Origin: Oikopleura dioica
Taxonomy: Eukaryota > Animalia > Chordata
NCBI GenBank assembly: GCA_907165135.1
Contig: OU015569.1
Coordinates: 8,432,001 to 8,496,000, forward strand
Length of the DNA stretch: 64,000 bases
Direction of reading: 5' to 3'
In this document: one piece after another, positions 63,414-64,000 of the stretch
Numbering within the stretch: position 1 is the stretch's first letter
How the letters are laid out: every line of letters starts with the position of its first letter
The notes under the pieces: model-generated
Told to the model about the DNA's origin: nothing
The model's database searches: none
What the model saw: only the letters and a program-made list of their open reading frames with translations
Made by a program: the position numbers and the translations under genes

Positions 63414-64000
63414 TTACGTAAAGACTTCGCGCTCGGGTGAGTCATTTTCATCCAAAAGATTTGTCGTGATCTCCGAGCGTGTAAGAATGAAGGAAAGACG
63501 CTTTTTCCACAGAAGAACGCCAATAAAAACGATAGCACAGATACCAATTACTCCTAACAATACAGCAAGTGTAATCTCGACTTCTTCGGCTAAATTTTTA
63601 GATGATCTGAAGTGTTTTGCCAAACTAGGACTTACAATTTCTTGAATTTTCTCCGTGAGAGGCGTTATAATTGTGCGAGGGCTCAAGAAATGAAATGCAA
63701 AGATCTTTTGATCCGACTACTTCATAATCATTTTTGAAAATGCCCTAAAATGCGGTCTTTTGAAGCTGCTATTAGTGAATATGAGTCACCTCGCAAAAAG
63801 CAGTAGACGATGAAAACCAACTATCGATACGTTTACAAGTATCAGTCGAGTTCTTGCACAAATTCCTCCACTTGCCGTCTACATTCTGTTCCCAGCTGAA
63901 GCCTCCGTACCAGTCATCAGTGCAGGTGAGTTCAGCCTTGCAAGCATTCCACCAGGCATCACAGTCGTTTCTGCATAGTGGCACCTTCCAAAGACGATGG
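63414..64000 (-). CDS. Folate receptor / riboflavin-binding family protein (3' part)
   Basis: PLCRNDCDAWWNACKAELTCTDDWYGGFSW...C...CE matches the FOLR Cys/Trp pattern; 5' end lies outside the window. Confidence 0.85.

Noticed and set aside
63233-63547. 104-aa minus-strand ORF as a separate gene
   Set aside because: It overlaps the TM/tail exon of the FOLR-like gene in another frame and has no recognisable features.

Overview
This is a very gene-dense eukaryotic window of about 24 genes with mostly 35-60 nt introns. Several same-strand gene runs have short spacers and AG acceptor-like sites just before the ATG, and 5' splice sites are often GA, GC or GG. That pattern fits a larvacean tunicate such as Oikopleura (inference from architecture only). 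Recognisable genes: ILVBL, HSF, SNRPF, SUGCT, TMEM170, a PDZ protein, a YHYH-domain protein, MGAT5, a giant tetraspanin, stomatin, a SET-domain methyltransferase, an AGO-clade Argonaute, MYO7A, a LIV-1 zinc transporter, a PLAC8 protein, USP10, METTL5, FBP1 (with a nested antisense O-fucosyltransferase-like gene), DHX34 and a partial folate-receptor-like gene. The strongest unexplained signal concerns the non-GT introns longer than about 55 nt. Nearly all carry complementary segments starting about 4-6 nt inside the 5' end and ending about 7-9 nt before the 3' end. Two of them (FBP1, DHX34) give the conserved protein only via an AAG|CT...AAG|CC junction. Other candidates: a slicer-dead Argonaute with an RG-repeat N-terminus, a tetraspanin of roughly 1200 aa, a possible prohormone, and a possibly pseudoknotted FBP1 intron. 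All exon structures were assembled by hand, so CDS coordinates are gene spans including introns. Two 1-nt homopolymer deletions suggest the assembly contains indel errors.
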